From Vampirovibrionales bacterium (GTDB lineage Bacteria > Cyanobacteriota > Vampirovibrionia > Vampirovibrionales > JAJTHC01): a stretch of DNA of 64,000 bases. A model generated the notes under the pieces. That model ran no database searches. It saw only the letters and a program-made list of their open reading frames with translations, and was not told where the DNA came from. Below, in pieces: positions 21,101 through 31,069 of the stretch. The translations under genes were made by a program, and so were the position numbers. Position 1 is the stretch's first letter; each line of letters opens with the position of its first letter. The stretch lies in contig JBIKNF010000002.1 in the NCBI GenBank assembly GCA_044358835.1, positions 9,909 to 73,908 on the forward strand, in the 5' to 3' direction.

Positions 21101-21585
21101 AGAATGCCATTGCCAACGGGCATCGGATTTTAGTGTTTAGTCAATTTGTACGAATGCTTAAAATCATGGAAAAACACCTGAAAAAGAAAGGTATTTGCTA
21201 CGAAATTCTTACGGGGGAAACCAAATCCGAAGATCGACAAAACAAGGTGGATCACTTCAATACAGACGAGACCATTAAAATCTTTTTGGTGTCCCTAAAA
21301 GCGGGCGGTACGGGCTTAAACCTAACTGGAGCAGACATGGTTGTTCATTACGACCCATGGTGGAACCCTGCTGCAGAAGATCAAGCCACCGATCGGGTGC
21401 ACCGCATTGGGCAAACCAAAAGCGTGTTTGTGTATCGTCTCATTGCTCGTTCAACAGTTGAAGAGCGGATTATGCAACTCAAGTCGCAAAAGCGTGATTT
21501 GGTCGACAGCGTCATTTCAGCGGATCGTTCCATTACCAAAAAAATCAGTCTAGACGACCTGAAAGATATTCTTTCGTTGGATTAA
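18187..21585 (+). CDS. SNF2-family helicase/ATPase with an N-terminal Lys-rich tail and a SWIM zinc finger
   Basis: SWIM CxCx(n)CxH at CNCAIEEKWCKHAV. SNF2_N motif I GILADDMGLGKTLQ, DEAH-like box ILDESQQIKN, and a helicase C domain with motif VI QATDRVHRIGQ. Confidence 0.9.
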   Translation: MNKQALSVPQTAAKSPKQNQRKKNNASKQNGKAQAHSHSQGKKKSTTAQQQPPQHLPKEPIPHIYPVWIKNQAKAGNWRRGLEMHLSGHKIMNLDLEPFGIVAQVKGNYKSHYTTEMRFNTAGIEPRCNCAIEEKWCKHAVAVAMSIAEQRLWEVYWNLPEEDAELMPITHPMGILKVQLHLAYNKSKGVGVRLIERERDAWCADPSKLLKRALTAQYPDGTPWHQVKEGRADIAVLQFLEQHRIKQVSNNGWLLVPFELFEAFFTTLSACEEVLDEKGLRLQVEEQPLMPLLEVSQNSNGQTTLAMHWSQFEATPSLGEPITTEKAKTVLALEELELLDPQATWGKHLQRIYPLQPVLAKLPKALKKSTFTDVPMQDSGSFLFEVLPNLRKLLLVDDTAVAETLKKMSQPPAPSLNVEMLDPAAMRLRLVLHFNYDKTRIPYAKQNKQAPYLASTNKKKNKTTWYKRDFAFEEKAYERVNQVSSQLMQAHALMSEGDEAVDLYNVYLPRWEKEGWIINMINPQDMTLLQASRNPLSIVARLEFDESVTFFTLKLEARLGQKSISMSEIQKHMVAGKKYFYVQGTGFVEVPLHTLLAVGRTIQAFEPEILDVDFYKIPTFKAGLLMELLDAKVTLDMSKKFQRFWEIMTAGKPMEELSVPANVEAELRPYQERGFQWLWFLYSYGLNGILADDMGLGKTLQALVALQQARNKHGQFPSLIVCPTTLVRNWQNEISRFTPELTVLDLTGSDRYDNYPKIKDADIVITSYAILRRDINAIKDYAFRFAILDESQQIKNFSSQTAQAAKQLQSQHRIALSGTPIENRLSELWSVFDFLMPGFLEDHDDFRRRYIQPIEERGSLDAGHRLKKQVSPFILRRMKRDVLKDLPPKMEQVLYCDLTDNQRQLYLDVLEKAREELMEEAISRGGKINQQHVFSALTKLRQVCNHPALLSSELSAGVHESGKFELLKELLENAIANGHRILVFSQFVRMLKIMEKHLKKKGICYEILTGETKSEDRQNKVDHFNTDETIKIFLVSLKAGGTGLNLTGADMVVHYDPWWNPAAEDQATDRVHRIGQTKSVFVYRLIARSTVEERIMQLKSQKRDLVDSVISADRSITKKISLDDLKDILSLD

Positions 21586-21654
21586 CCCCTTGGTTAAATC
21601 CACAAAAGCAGGTATAATAGAAACGTTCCCTCTATTGAAAAGGCTCCCTTCCCC

Positions 21655-22437
21655 ATGCCAGACACCGAAAAAACCAGCGATTTTTGGGACGAATTCGACG
21701 AAGCTTCAACCGCTGTGGAAGACGCCGATTTGGGGGATGTCGTCGGGCGTGAGGATGACTTTCAAGCCTTTGAAGCCTCACAATCTAAAACGCCCCTACC
21801 GTCTGAAGCGCCCGCTCGCGAAGCGTCCCCCCCTGCGGATGATGACGCCCCCTGCCTAAAAGGCGAAATAGAAGCTTTGTTGTTTATGACAAGTCGTCCC
21901 CTGCACATGGAAGACATGGCCCTGTTATTGGAACGCCCCTTGGATCATGTGGTGGACGCGGTTTCAGAACTCTTGAGCGATTACAACTTTCGTGAAGCGT
22001 CTTCGCTTGAAATTGATGATAGTGAAGAAGGCTATATCCTGCAAGTTCGCAAGCCGTATCAACACTTAGTCAATAAAATGATACCCATGGAAATTAGCAC
22101 GGCGGCGTTACGCACGCTTAGTGTAATTGCGATTAAAGCCCCGTTATTGCAAAAGGAACTGATTGACTTGCGTGGGGCCACGGCGTATGATCACGTTAAA
22201 GAATTATTGAGCCATAAGTTGATTTCTAAAAACCGCAGTGGGGTGTCGTTTCGCTTGAATGTGACGCCGACTTTTCATCAACTGTTTAAACTTTCAGGCG
22301 ACAAAAAGGACTTAGACGTGTTGGTAGAAAGTGAATTGGGGCTTGAAAAAGAACAGCGTCAACAGGCGTTGAAAGCTCCGCTAGAAGACATCACGAGCTT
22401 GGATGATTTGGCTTTATCAGCGTCGTTGGATGATTAA
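21655..22437 (+). CDS. scpB: Segregation and condensation protein B (ScpB) with a 70 aa acidic N-terminal extension
   Basis: IEALLFMTSRPL and TAALRTLSVIAIKAPLLQKELIDLRGA align to the ScpB winged-helix repeats. No scpA is adjacent. Confidence 0.7.
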   Translation: MPDTEKTSDFWDEFDEASTAVEDADLGDVVGREDDFQAFEASQSKTPLPSEAPAREASPPADDDAPCLKGEIEALLFMTSRPLHMEDMALLLERPLDHVVDAVSELLSDYNFREASSLEIDDSEEGYILQVRKPYQHLVNKMIPMEISTAALRTLSVIAIKAPLLQKELIDLRGATAYDHVKELLSHKLISKNRSGVSFRLNVTPTFHQLFKLSGDKKDLDVLVESELGLEKEQRQQALKAPLEDITSLDDLALSASLDD

Positions 22438-22480
22438 AACCAAATGTACTTTCTTGAAAAAGCTTCCTTCTCTGGAAACC

Positions 22481-22963
22481 CTAGAAAACAAACCCTATTC
22501 TAGGAATTCCTTGTAACACTTTATAGCCTGGTAGTACCATACTTAAATAGGTTGGAGGGCCGTTTTGTGTCATATCTGCATTTACTCTAGCTTTTACCTC
22601 TTCAGAAACGGTCGGAATGGGCAATGACTGCCCCATAATTCTTTTTCGAGAATTTCGAGCTTCATTTCCTATTGTGTCTCGGGTAACAGTGGTCCACTTT
22701 CCGTAACCTGAAGATTTAAAACCATTTAAGTGTCTAGGCAGATATGTGTTAAAACATTCCTCTGCTTTGTTGGTCGGAGCAAAAATGTTTACGCGATCTG
22801 GCGGTTCCACGATGTCTAAACAAATTTTATGAACCCGTTCTAATGTTGCCTCAACACTAGAGTTAACGTGTAAACGACTTAGTATAGAAGGACTGTTAAA
22901 TACAGTTACAAGCCCAGCGAGAGCTCCATAACAGCCCAAATTTCGCAAAAAAAGCCTTTTCAT
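22481..22963 (-). CDS. Hypothetical secreted protein on a low-GC islet
   Basis: 160 aa with an N-terminal signal-peptide-like segment MKRLFLRNLGCYGALAGLVTV. Local GC is about 40%, against about 50% in the flanks. Confidence 0.5.
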   Translation of the reverse strand: MKRLFLRNLGCYGALAGLVTVFNSPSILSRLHVNSSVEATLERVHKICLDIVEPPDRVNIFAPTNKAEECFNTYLPRHLNGFKSSGYGKWTTVTRDTIGNEARNSRKRIMGQSLPIPTVSEEVKARVNADMTQNGPPTYLSMVLPGYKVLQGIPRIGFVF

Positions 22964-23130
22964 TTATTGATCCTTTTCTATTTTTCTTCAGTTAAGCACA
23001 TCCTAACCTTACTCATTTAATAACACTTGAAAACTAAAATATGCCACGGTTTTAAAAATCTTTACATTTTGTAACTTGGCTATGTTCGTACTAAACTAGA
23101 ACTATAATGAATTAAAAAAGGAAATGTGCC

Positions 23131-24306
23131 GTGAAAACATTGGGAAAGTTTGGTCGCTTTGGGGGGTGCTACGCCCCTGAATCCTTGATGCCTGCGCTTG
23201 AAGAGCTTGAAGCTGCGTTTTTAGACATTCAAAGCGATGACGCCTTTCAAGCAGAGTTCCATGACTTGTTACACCATTATGCGGGGCGTCCCACCGCGAT
23301 GTACCATGCCAAAAACTTGAGCCAACAGCTCGGTGGGGCGCAAATCTGGTTCAAGCGGGAAGATTTATTACATGGGGGGGCGCATAAAACCAACAACGCC
23401 ATTGGCCAAGCCTTGCTCGCCAAACGCATGGGCAAAACCCGTCTCATTGCGGAAACAGGCGCAGGTCAGCATGGGGTGGCCACCGCCATGGCAGGCGCCA
23501 TGATGGGCATGCCCACTGAAATCTACATGGGCGCGGTTGATGTGAAGCGTCAAGCCCCCAACGTCTTGCGTATGGAACTGCTGGGTGCCAAGGTGAATTC
23601 GGTAGAAAGTGGCGGAAAAACGCTAAAAGACGCGATTAACGACGCCATGCGCGACTGGATCGCCAATACCCACAACACGCACTATTTAATCGGTACGGTG
23701 GCAGGGCCTCACCCTTTTCCACAAATGGTGAAGTACTTTCATCAAGTCATTGGCCAAGAATCGCGTCAGCAAATGCTTGAACAAGCGGGCCGTTTGCCCG
23801 ATGCCGTGTTGGCTTGTGTGGGGGGTGGTTCTAACGCGATTGGTATTTTTCAAGGTTTTATGGATGACGCGGACGTGAAACTCATCGGCGTGGAACCTGC
23901 GGGTCACGGCGTGCATACCGATTTTCACGGAGCGGTTTTAGCAAAAGGCACCTTTGGCGTTTTGCAAGGCATGAAAAGCCTCATGCTTCAGACGGATGAC
24001 GGTCAAGTGTTGAATACACACAGTATTTCTGCTGGCTTAGATTATCCATCAGTGGGGCCTGAACATGCGTACCTGCAAGAAATCGGGCGAGCCAGCTATG
24101 TTTCCGCCACCGATGAAGAAGCCCTAGACGCCTTTAAAATCGTCAGCCGAACAGAAGGCATTTTGCCCGCCTTAGAAAGTAGTCACGCCTTATGGGAAGC
24201 AATTCGTCTGGCGCCGACTTTGCCGAAAGATTCCATTTTGCTGGTGAACTTGTCCGGTCGTGGAGACAAAGACCTTCCCACCATTCGTGAGGCGTTGGGG
24301 ATCTAG
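23131..24306 (+). CDS. trpB: Tryptophan synthase beta chain (TrpB1-type), no trpA adjacent
   Basis: [20 protein letters not shown]-lysine region [30 protein letters not shown]. Confidence 0.92.
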   Translation: MKTLGKFGRFGGCYAPESLMPALEELEAAFLDIQSDDAFQAEFHDLLHHYAGRPTAMYHAKNLSQQLGGAQIWFKREDLLHGGAHKTNNAIGQALLAKRMGKTRLIAETGAGQHGVATAMAGAMMGMPTEIYMGAVDVKRQAPNVLRMELLGAKVNSVESGGKTLKDAINDAMRDWIANTHNTHYLIGTVAGPHPFPQMVKYFHQVIGQESRQQMLEQAGRLPDAVLACVGGGSNAIGIFQGFMDDADVKLIGVEPAGHGVHTDFHGAVLAKGTFGVLQGMKSLMLQTDDGQVLNTHSISAGLDYPSVGPEHAYLQEIGRASYVSATDEEALDAFKIVSRTEGILPALESSHALWEAIRLAPTLPKDSILLVNLSGRGDKDLPTIREALGI

Positions 24307-24941
24307 GAAGGCGTGTTCTTAGATTTTTTGAGGTTCTGAAACAAGGCCTTCTTTACCACAGGCGACGGTTGCTCCACAGGTAATGGCTCAATATCCTGAA
24401 AAGATAAGGACAGTTGCTGATAAGCTTCCGCAGAGAGGTTCGCCACTTGCCAAAGGCTTTGCTTGAGCAAGTCCAGCCGATGAGGCTCATGCAAGTACCA
24501 AAAGCCCACAAGGGCTTCAAAGCTGGTAGAAAGACGAGAAATCGCCTGCTTATTACGCCGATGGTTCGCCACGCCCACATTACGCCCACGACGCAGAATC
24601 TCCTGCTCCGCCTCGCTCAAGTCAGGCAAAAGGACTTGCAACAAGGTCGCTTGAAAAGCCCCACACGCCAAACGGATGCTTTCTTCATGAATCACTTTCA
24701 CCGACGCATTGGGAAACGTCCACATGACCCATTCACGCAACAATAGCTCATAGACGCCATCCCCCAAGTGAGCCAACACACGCAGGGGTAAATCGTGTAA
24801 ACCTAGACTGGCTTCAACGGCGTGTTGCGGTAAGGATCTCCCTAAAAAAGCGGGGGCTTCAGTCGTGTTACCCCCTTGGGCGAATAGGCTTGAAACGTCC
24901 TGCATTAGGGGGTTTCCATCGTGGAAGTGACCGTCGTCCAC
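24303..24941 (-). CDS. mrnC: Mini-ribonuclease III (MrnC/YazC-like) with an N-terminal extension
   Basis: [17 protein letters not shown]...[10 protein letters not shown]...[13 protein letters not shown] align to the Mini-III signature (AYIGDA..E.YVR / KRGRN / AFEALLGYL). It lies immediately downstream of cysS, as in Firmicutes. Confidence 0.7.
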   Translation of the reverse strand: MDDGHFHDGNPLMQDVSSLFAQGGNTTEAPAFLGRSLPQHAVEASLGLHDLPLRVLAHLGDGVYELLLREWVMWTFPNASVKVIHEESIRLACGAFQATLLQVLLPDLSEAEQEILRRGRNVGVANHRRNKQAISRLSTSFEALVGFWYLHEPHRLDLLKQSLWQVANLSAEAYQQLSLSFQDIEPLPVEQPSPVVKKALFQNLKKSKNTPS

Positions 24942-26455
24942 CCGCCTGCGCGATCCACCAAGTGAAGCCCTTGGGCTTCTAGGGCGTGGCGAATGGCGTC
25001 GCTGGTGGCATAGTCTTTGGCGAGCTTGGCGTTACGGCGGGCGTCTAGCTGTTTAAGCAACTCAGGTTCTTTGGCCGAATTTACCCCGTGTAAGACGTGA
25101 AAAGCGCCTTCTAAGCGGGGTTCAGCTTCATTTAAATACGCCAAGGCCGGACGCAAATCAAAGCCCAGTACCCACGCTTCTTGCACCAGGGTGTTTAGCA
25201 GGGTTTTGGCCGTTTCAGCGTCCGACGTTTGTTTTAAGGCCTTAAAGCCTTGACCCCATTCGGCTAAGGCACGAGGGGTGTTCATGTCTTGTGCCATGAC
25301 AGCCACAAACTCAGGATGCGCTGCCCTTAAAGTCGCTTCGTTCACCGGCTGATTCACCACGCTTTCAAGCCACGCTTGAGAAACTTGGGCCACTTGCATG
25401 CCCTTGGCAAACTGTTGCAACAACTTATGCCAACGGATTTTCGCCCCATTCAGGGCGTCAGGCGTGAAATCCACTGGCATGCGGTAGTGATGCCCCAACA
25501 TAAAGTAACGTAAGGTGTTGGCGTCATAATGTTCGAGCAACTCTCGTACAGTGGAAAAATTACCGAGACTCTTACTCATCTTTTCACCGTCCACGTTCAC
25601 AAAACCATTGTGCATCCAGGTGTTGACAAAAGGATGTCCTGAACAACATTCACTTTGGGCGATTTCATTTTCATGGTGAGGAAACATTAAATCGGCTCCA
25701 CCAGCGTGAATATCAATTTGTTGCCCCAAATTTTGAAAAATCATGGCGGAACATTCAATGTGCCAACCGGGTCTGCCAAATCCCCACGGAGACGCCCAAC
25801 CATAGGCATCCGTCGATTCATCCACCCGCTTCCACAAGGCAAAATCAGCGGAATGACGCTTCTGCGTGTTGACATCCACCCGAGCGCCCGCTTGTAAGGC
25901 TTCAATCGGTTTGCGCGCCAATTTGCCGTAACTGGGCATCGAAGGCGTGTGAAAGTAAACGCCGTCTTCGCTGACATAGGCGTGATTTTTTTCAATCAAC
26001 GTGGCAATCATCCGGTGCATGGCTGCGATGTGTTCGGTGGCCTTGGGTTCAATCGTCGGCGAAAGCGTGTTGAGTCGCGCCAAATCTTCATGAAAACGAT
26101 GGGTGTAGGTTGTAGCCACGGCTTCAGGCGTGGTGCCTGTTTCAATCGCGCGTTGGATGATTTTATCGTCAACATCGGTTAAATTGCGCGCGTAGGTGAC
26201 GTCATAGCCAAAGCATTGTAGCGTGCGGAACAAGACGTCCCAAGTAATGTAGCATCGGGCATGACCGAGGTGCGCGTCATTGTAAACGGTTGGCCCACAC
26301 ACATAGAGCTTCACTTTGCCCGCTTCAAGCGGTTCAAAGCGTTCCACCTGTCGACTTTGTGAATTGTAGAACTGTAAGGGAAATTGAAGGGGTGCAGGGT
26401 GTGCAGGGTGTGAAGATGCGAGCATCAAGGCAATAGGATCCTTATACGGCGCCAC
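24905..26455 (-). CDS. cysS: Cysteine--tRNA ligase
   Basis: HLGHARCY (HIGH motif), KMSKSLGN, and Zn-binding Cys residues. Confidence 0.95.
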   Translation of the reverse strand: MAPYKDPIALMLASSHPAHPAPLQFPLQFYNSQSRQVERFEPLEAGKVKLYVCGPTVYNDAHLGHARCYITWDVLFRTLQCFGYDVTYARNLTDVDDKIIQRAIETGTTPEAVATTYTHRFHEDLARLNTLSPTIEPKATEHIAAMHRMIATLIEKNHAYVSEDGVYFHTPSMPSYGKLARKPIEALQAGARVDVNTQKRHSADFALWKRVDESTDAYGWASPWGFGRPGWHIECSAMIFQNLGQQIDIHAGGADLMFPHHENEIAQSECCSGHPFVNTWMHNGFVNVDGEKMSKSLGNFSTVRELLEHYDANTLRYFMLGHHYRMPVDFTPDALNGAKIRWHKLLQQFAKGMQVAQVSQAWLESVVNQPVNEATLRAAHPEFVAVMAQDMNTPRALAEWGQGFKALKQTSDAETAKTLLNTLVQEAWVLGFDLRPALAYLNEAEPRLEGAFHVLHGVNSAKEPELLKQLDARRNAKLAKDYATSDAIRHALEAQGLHLVDRAGGWTTVTSTMETP

Positions 26456-27376
26456 TTAGGACGCTGGCAACTGAAACGACGGCAGGCGAGGGGTTTTTTC
26501 GCTTGAAGGGCTAAAAGGAGCCATGCGCCAATTTAAAAAGGGCGAAGAAGGCTTGGCGGGCGAAATAATAGGGGCAGAAACCATGACTTCTGTGGCCGGG
26601 AAGCTCACGGGTTTAGGGCTAGGCACCACGTCATTAAACTGCTGTTGCACTTCAGGATGCCACGACACCACCACGGCGTCAATTTTGGCGCGTTCTTCAA
26701 GGGTTAAAAGCGCTTGAAGTTCTTGCAGGCGAAGCTTGAGGGTTTTGTCTGGCTTCTGGGAAGCGGCTTTAGCAGAAAGCGATTGTTTTTCGTTTTGCTT
26801 TTCAGCAATGCGAAACCATTGGTAGGCCAGTGGATGATTTTTACCTTGCAGGTAAAGGCTCGCCAGTTCCTTTTGGGCTTCGGTGTTGCCTTGCTTGGCG
26901 GATTTTTCAAACCAATAGCGCGCTAGAGTAAAATCCGGATTACCGCCTTGCCCGCTTTGATACAGGCGTGCCAAGTAGAGCTGGGCGTCTGCTTCGCCTT
27001 GCTTGGCCGATTGTTCTAGCCAGTAACGGGCTTGCACTTTGTCTTGCGGAATGTAGTCTTGGGCTTGGGCGTTTTTGACCTTAATGCCTTCATTAAAGGC
27101 CATGCCCAAGAAGAACTGCGCCTTGCCTTGCCCGCCTTTAGCAGATGCGTCTAAACAGGCGAAACCTTCGCCGTATTGAGGGGTTTGCCTAGGGGAAAAC
27201 AGCAGTTCTAGACTGCGTTGGTATTGATTTTCAGTGCCTTCAGCGGGGCAACGGTAGGCCAAATACGCGGGCGCCTTGGCGGGCAGGGATGCTTGCGAAG
27301 GATTCACTTCAGTGGTGGGGAACAGGCTCATAAAGAGCGTCATGAGGCTCATGCCCATGTAATAGCATTCGTTCAT
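26456..27376 (-). CDS. Sel1/TPR-repeat protein with signal peptide
   Basis: Repeated Sel1-like units (QFFLGMAFNEG..., ARYWLEQSAKQGEADAQLYLARLY, YWFEKSAKQGNTEAQKELASLY). Confidence 0.7.
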   Translation of the reverse strand: MNECYYMGMSLMTLFMSLFPTTEVNPSQASLPAKAPAYLAYRCPAEGTENQYQRSLELLFSPRQTPQYGEGFACLDASAKGGQGKAQFFLGMAFNEGIKVKNAQAQDYIPQDKVQARYWLEQSAKQGEADAQLYLARLYQSGQGGNPDFTLARYWFEKSAKQGNTEAQKELASLYLQGKNHPLAYQWFRIAEKQNEKQSLSAKAASQKPDKTLKLRLQELQALLTLEERAKIDAVVVSWHPEVQQQFNDVVPSPKPVSFPATEVMVSAPIISPAKPSSPFLNWRMAPFSPSSEKTPRLPSFQLPAS

Positions 27377-27601
27377 GTGGGAACCGCCTTTTTACTGAGT
27401 GTGACGCTAGCATGTAGCTAATTATACTACGAAACCTGTAAAGAAAAAAGCCTGTATTTCATTACGATTGTAACAAAATTAAAACAATCGTCAATTTTGG
27501 GAAGGCTTGTTTGTTTATTAAGGCATAGGAATCATTCAACCCTTGTTCACAGATGACTCCCCATTGTTCCCCCTTTAAGATACACAGAAAGAAAAAATAT
27601 T

Positions 27602-29266
27602 ATGATTAACATGCAATCATCCGTCCCAGTTAGGAATTTATTTTCAGGTGCTTCCGTTGCAGGACCACAAGTTAATGCGGCTGGTGCAGGAGGAACAGGC
27701 AAAACTGGTGGAAAAGCTTCGTTGCGAGCTGGAAAATCTGGTCAACAAGCACTCAAAACAGCCTTGGGTTCTGTTCAGAAGGCGAGTCCCGCTGTTGCAC
27801 AAAATAATAAAGTCAACTTTGATACATCTATGGCTTTTAATACTCAAGTAACAAAGGGGATTTCTAGCTTTCAAAGTAGCCTTGGTGCTGGAAGTCAACC
27901 GAGTTTTACGCTTCCTAGTAATGCGTTCAGTGCTAATGGATCTGAATCTATCTTTGACTTTACTAAGGCAAGTGAGGCTTTAAAGGGTTCTACCTCTGAT
28001 TATACAGCAAATTTATTGGGAGATACTCAAACAACCAAGGGCAGTATCACTCAAGCAAACAATTGGGGTGAGGCAACAGGTGATGCACTTGAAACGGCAG
28101 GTGACGCGATTGGTGGTGGCTTGGGTAAAGTGGTTTCGGGTACAGGGGAAGTGACTGCTGGTATAACTGGTGCTTCTGCTGTAGGTTGGACTGGTATTGG
28201 TTTGGCTCCTTTCTTGGCTATGATAGCCAAAGGAGTTGTTCAAATTGGTGGAGGATTGACTGAAGGTAGTGGCGGACAAGAAACAGCTAGACGTGCACAA
28301 ACGGATACTGCCCACCAGTCAGAAAAGGCCTACCAAGATGCTGCACTAAACATGGCTGCTATAGATGCTAGCAATAAGGCTATGCAAGAATTGTATCAAG
28401 GTTTAAATGCACAAGCGTTTCCTGCTCTGAATGGCGCTCAACAAGGTGTCAACGGATTAAATGGTTTGTTGGCACAAATTAATCCTAGTGCTAATGCTGG
28501 CCTCTTGAATGGTTCAGGTGGTACTTCTACGCCCCTTGCTACTCCTGCAATAGACACTTCTTGGAACACCCCAGCAACTCCCACGCCACCTACCACGGCA
28601 TCTTCGAACTCACCAGCTGGTTCTACACTGACAGCTAGTACTTGGAATACAGCCCCCAGTTCGCCAGACCTCGCTTCTTCTGCTAATGGTCCAGAAGATC
28701 CTCAATTAGCGATGAAACAGCAATTTGTTACAGCTTTTGAAGAGCAACAAGGTAATGGTAATCAAGCCACGGCTTTAGCACAAGACCTGATTGCAAAAGC
28801 ACCATCAAAGTTTAATGGAAGCAATATGGGTCCTCTCGCCGTTCAAGATGCGGGTCAAAATCCTCAATTGGTTCAAAAATACGAACAATTTAAAGCTGAA
28901 CTAGAAGCCCAAAAGAACGGAGCCAACCAACCTGACGCTGGACTCCTCCAAGCCTCCGCCAACCCCATGGCTCCAGCAGGTGGCGAGGGTGCTAACACCG
29001 CGGATGCAAACAGTCCACAGGGTCAAGCAGTCGCTGGCAACGCTCAAAATCCTCAAGGCTCTGTAGCAAACGCTCCAGTCGCCACGGCTCAAGCTCAACC
29101 AGGTCAACAACCGACCACGTCGGTTGCGTCCGCCCCAGCAGTCGCTGATGCTTCTTGGGGAGCTTCCGCCCCTCCAACCGCACCTGGCCTCACGATTCCT
29201 GGGCAGCCAGTCGCTAAAGCATTAGCCACTCCAGCGCCTACCGCGACGCTTGGTTCTTTCGCCTAA
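27602..29266 (+). CDS. Hypothetical low-complexity protein (G/A/T/Q/P-rich), candidate secreted protein
   Basis: 554 aa with no catalytic motif. Composition is strongly biased and includes long PT/AP/NG runs. Confidence 0.55.
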   Translation: MINMQSSVPVRNLFSGASVAGPQVNAAGAGGTGKTGGKASLRAGKSGQQALKTALGSVQKASPAVAQNNKVNFDTSMAFNTQVTKGISSFQSSLGAGSQPSFTLPSNAFSANGSESIFDFTKASEALKGSTSDYTANLLGDTQTTKGSITQANNWGEATGDALETAGDAIGGGLGKVVSGTGEVTAGITGASAVGWTGIGLAPFLAMIAKGVVQIGGGLTEGSGGQETARRAQTDTAHQSEKAYQDAALNMAAIDASNKAMQELYQGLNAQAFPALNGAQQGVNGLNGLLAQINPSANAGLLNGSGGTSTPLATPAIDTSWNTPATPTPPTTASSNSPAGSTLTASTWNTAPSSPDLASSANGPEDPQLAMKQQFVTAFEEQQGNGNQATALAQDLIAKAPSKFNGSNMGPLAVQDAGQNPQLVQKYEQFKAELEAQKNGANQPDAGLLQASANPMAPAGGEGANTADANSPQGQAVAGNAQNPQGSVANAPVATAQAQPGQQPTTSVASAPAVADASWGASAPPTAPGLTIPGQPVAKALATPAPTATLGSFA

Positions 29267-29300
29267 GCCTTACAAAAGGGGTTGTAACATCCAACGCATC

Positions 29301-29331
29301 AAATGTGGTTTCACCCGAAGCCACATTTTTT
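29301..29331 (+). terminator. Rho-independent terminator after 27602..29266
   Basis: aaatgtgg-N12-ccacattt followed by ttt. TATAAT-like tgtataatg follows immediately. Confidence 0.45.
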
Positions 29332-29432
29332 GTATAATGAAAGAAGCTTCTGAACATGACAAACCCGCGCATTGTTTTTAATTCAAAATGCGTTTATGCT
29401 TATAAAGACAACACCCCCCTCCCTTCACAAGG

Positions 29433-30641
29433 ATGCTCCCCCCGATGCACGGCCATTCCCCTGCCCACCCTGAATCCCTTCGCCCCCGCCACAGCGAAGC
29501 CATGGGTATGTCTCAACAGCTTTTTCCCACTGAAGCGCTTAATGGCCTTATGCCTCCGCAAGTGGACCCCAACGGTCGCATTATTTTACCCAGCGTGCCT
29601 GAAGGCCTGCCTGTGGAAACGTACATTCCCTTGCTTCATTTGTACACCAGCATTTTAGAAGCTGAGCGCCTGATGCATCCCTTCCGCAAAAGCTTAAGTT
29701 TGCGTCCCAAAGAAATTGGCACAGCGGTGCTTTCAAGCGCGGTAACCGCCCTAGAAGCAAGTCCACTGCTTGAAAATCTCTACTTCAAGCGCGAAGATCA
29801 AACCATTATTAAGGCCTATAAAATGCGTGGCGCCTTTTGCGGGATGCGTCGGGCCATGCAGTCTTACGGGCAAACGCAATTTATTGCCGTTTCTACGGGC
29901 AATCATGCCATGGGCATTTTAAAGGCGGCGGAGCTGTTGCGCCCAAAATCGGTGCAAATTGTGGTGCCGAATAATACGTCCGAACTCAAGCTCAAAAACA
30001 TCAATAGTAAGATTCTTGCCGTGCGTCACCGAGGTGTGGACGCCAGCGTGCTGTACATCGGCGATACCTTCGACGAAGCCCGCGCCTGGGCCATTGAACA
30101 AAGCTTGGGCGGTGAAGGCTATTATTTGGATCCCTATAGCAATCCGTGGGTGGTGGCGGGGCAAGGCACCATTGGCCTAGAATTGTTTCGTCAACTTACG
30201 CCGATTTTGGCGAAAAACCCTGCGATTAAAGAAGTGGTGCTGATTTGCCCCATTGGCGGGGGGGGCTTACTGGCGGGAACGGCCACTGCACTTGCGATGG
30301 CCGCCGCGTGGGACGCTCGCTTTAAGTCGATTGATCTGAAGTTTGTGGGTTTGCGACTTCAAAATATGTCCACCAAATACGGCGATGCGGTTCGAGTCAA
30401 GTCCCCTGCCGAAGGGAATCAGGCGATTTTTAATGCCTTAAACGTTATTCCTGCCAAAATGAATGACGAACAAATGGCGTGGGGCATGAAGGAAACGTTT
30501 CGTCATTTGGGCGATCGGGTGGAAGGGCCTTCGGGGGCGCCGTTGTTTATGGCCACGCACATTGATGCATGGAAGCCCACCAGAGAGCGTCTGGTGATTT
30601 GCATGGTCAGTGGGGGCAATGTGAGCGTGTTTCCTAGTTAA
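29433..30641 (+). CDS. Threonine/serine dehydratase-like PLP enzyme (no ACT regulatory domain)
   Basis: FKREDQTIIKAYKMRGAF (PLP-Lys), GGGGL glycine loop, SGGN. The start is ambiguous (29433, or ATGGGTATG at about 29505). Confidence 0.75.
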   Translation: MLPPMHGHSPAHPESLRPRHSEAMGMSQQLFPTEALNGLMPPQVDPNGRIILPSVPEGLPVETYIPLLHLYTSILEAERLMHPFRKSLSLRPKEIGTAVLSSAVTALEASPLLENLYFKREDQTIIKAYKMRGAFCGMRRAMQSYGQTQFIAVSTGNHAMGILKAAELLRPKSVQIVVPNNTSELKLKNINSKILAVRHRGVDASVLYIGDTFDEARAWAIEQSLGGEGYYLDPYSNPWVVAGQGTIGLELFRQLTPILAKNPAIKEVVLICPIGGGGLLAGTATALAMAAAWDARFKSIDLKFVGLRLQNMSTKYGDAVRVKSPAEGNQAIFNALNVIPAKMNDEQMAWGMKETFRHLGDRVEGPSGAPLFMATHIDAWKPTRERLVICMVSGGNVSVFPS

Positions 30642-30957
30642 GTTCATCAGGGCTTTGGAGCGTGAGTTCAAGGGCGTGAACAGGGCCTTGCATTTCTTCT
30701 TTAAGCACTTCATGCACCATGCGGTGTCGTTTTAAGGTGGGCACTGCGCGAAAGGCGTCGCTGGTGATGCGAATGGCCAAGTGGCTCCCGCCCATCGTGT
30801 TACCCGCATGTCCTGCGTGTTGCCAGCTGTTGTCAATCAGTTCAAAGGCTTGGGGGGCAAAGGCTTCTTGTAATTTTTGGGTGACGCGTTCAACGGTTTT
30901 TGAGGTCATGGCAAGGCTCCTGTATGAAGGGGGGTACCCTTCCATGATAACATTCAC
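30634..30957 (-). CDS. BolA-family protein
   Basis: 107 aa with GGSHLAIRITSDAF...RHRMVHEVLKEEM (BolA motif GG-H...RHR.V). Confidence 0.8.
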   Translation of the reverse strand: MNVIMEGYPPSYRSLAMTSKTVERVTQKLQEAFAPQAFELIDNSWQHAGHAGNTMGGSHLAIRITSDAFRAVPTLKRHRMVHEVLKEEMQGPVHALELTLQSPDELN

Positions 30958-31069
30958 AAAACGGATTTGAACGAGTTAATCGTTTTAATTTGAGAGTTTT
31001 TATAGACCCCTTAGTTGGTTTGCGTTACAATAAGGAAACGATATTTACAGTTGTGGAAAAGGTAGATCT

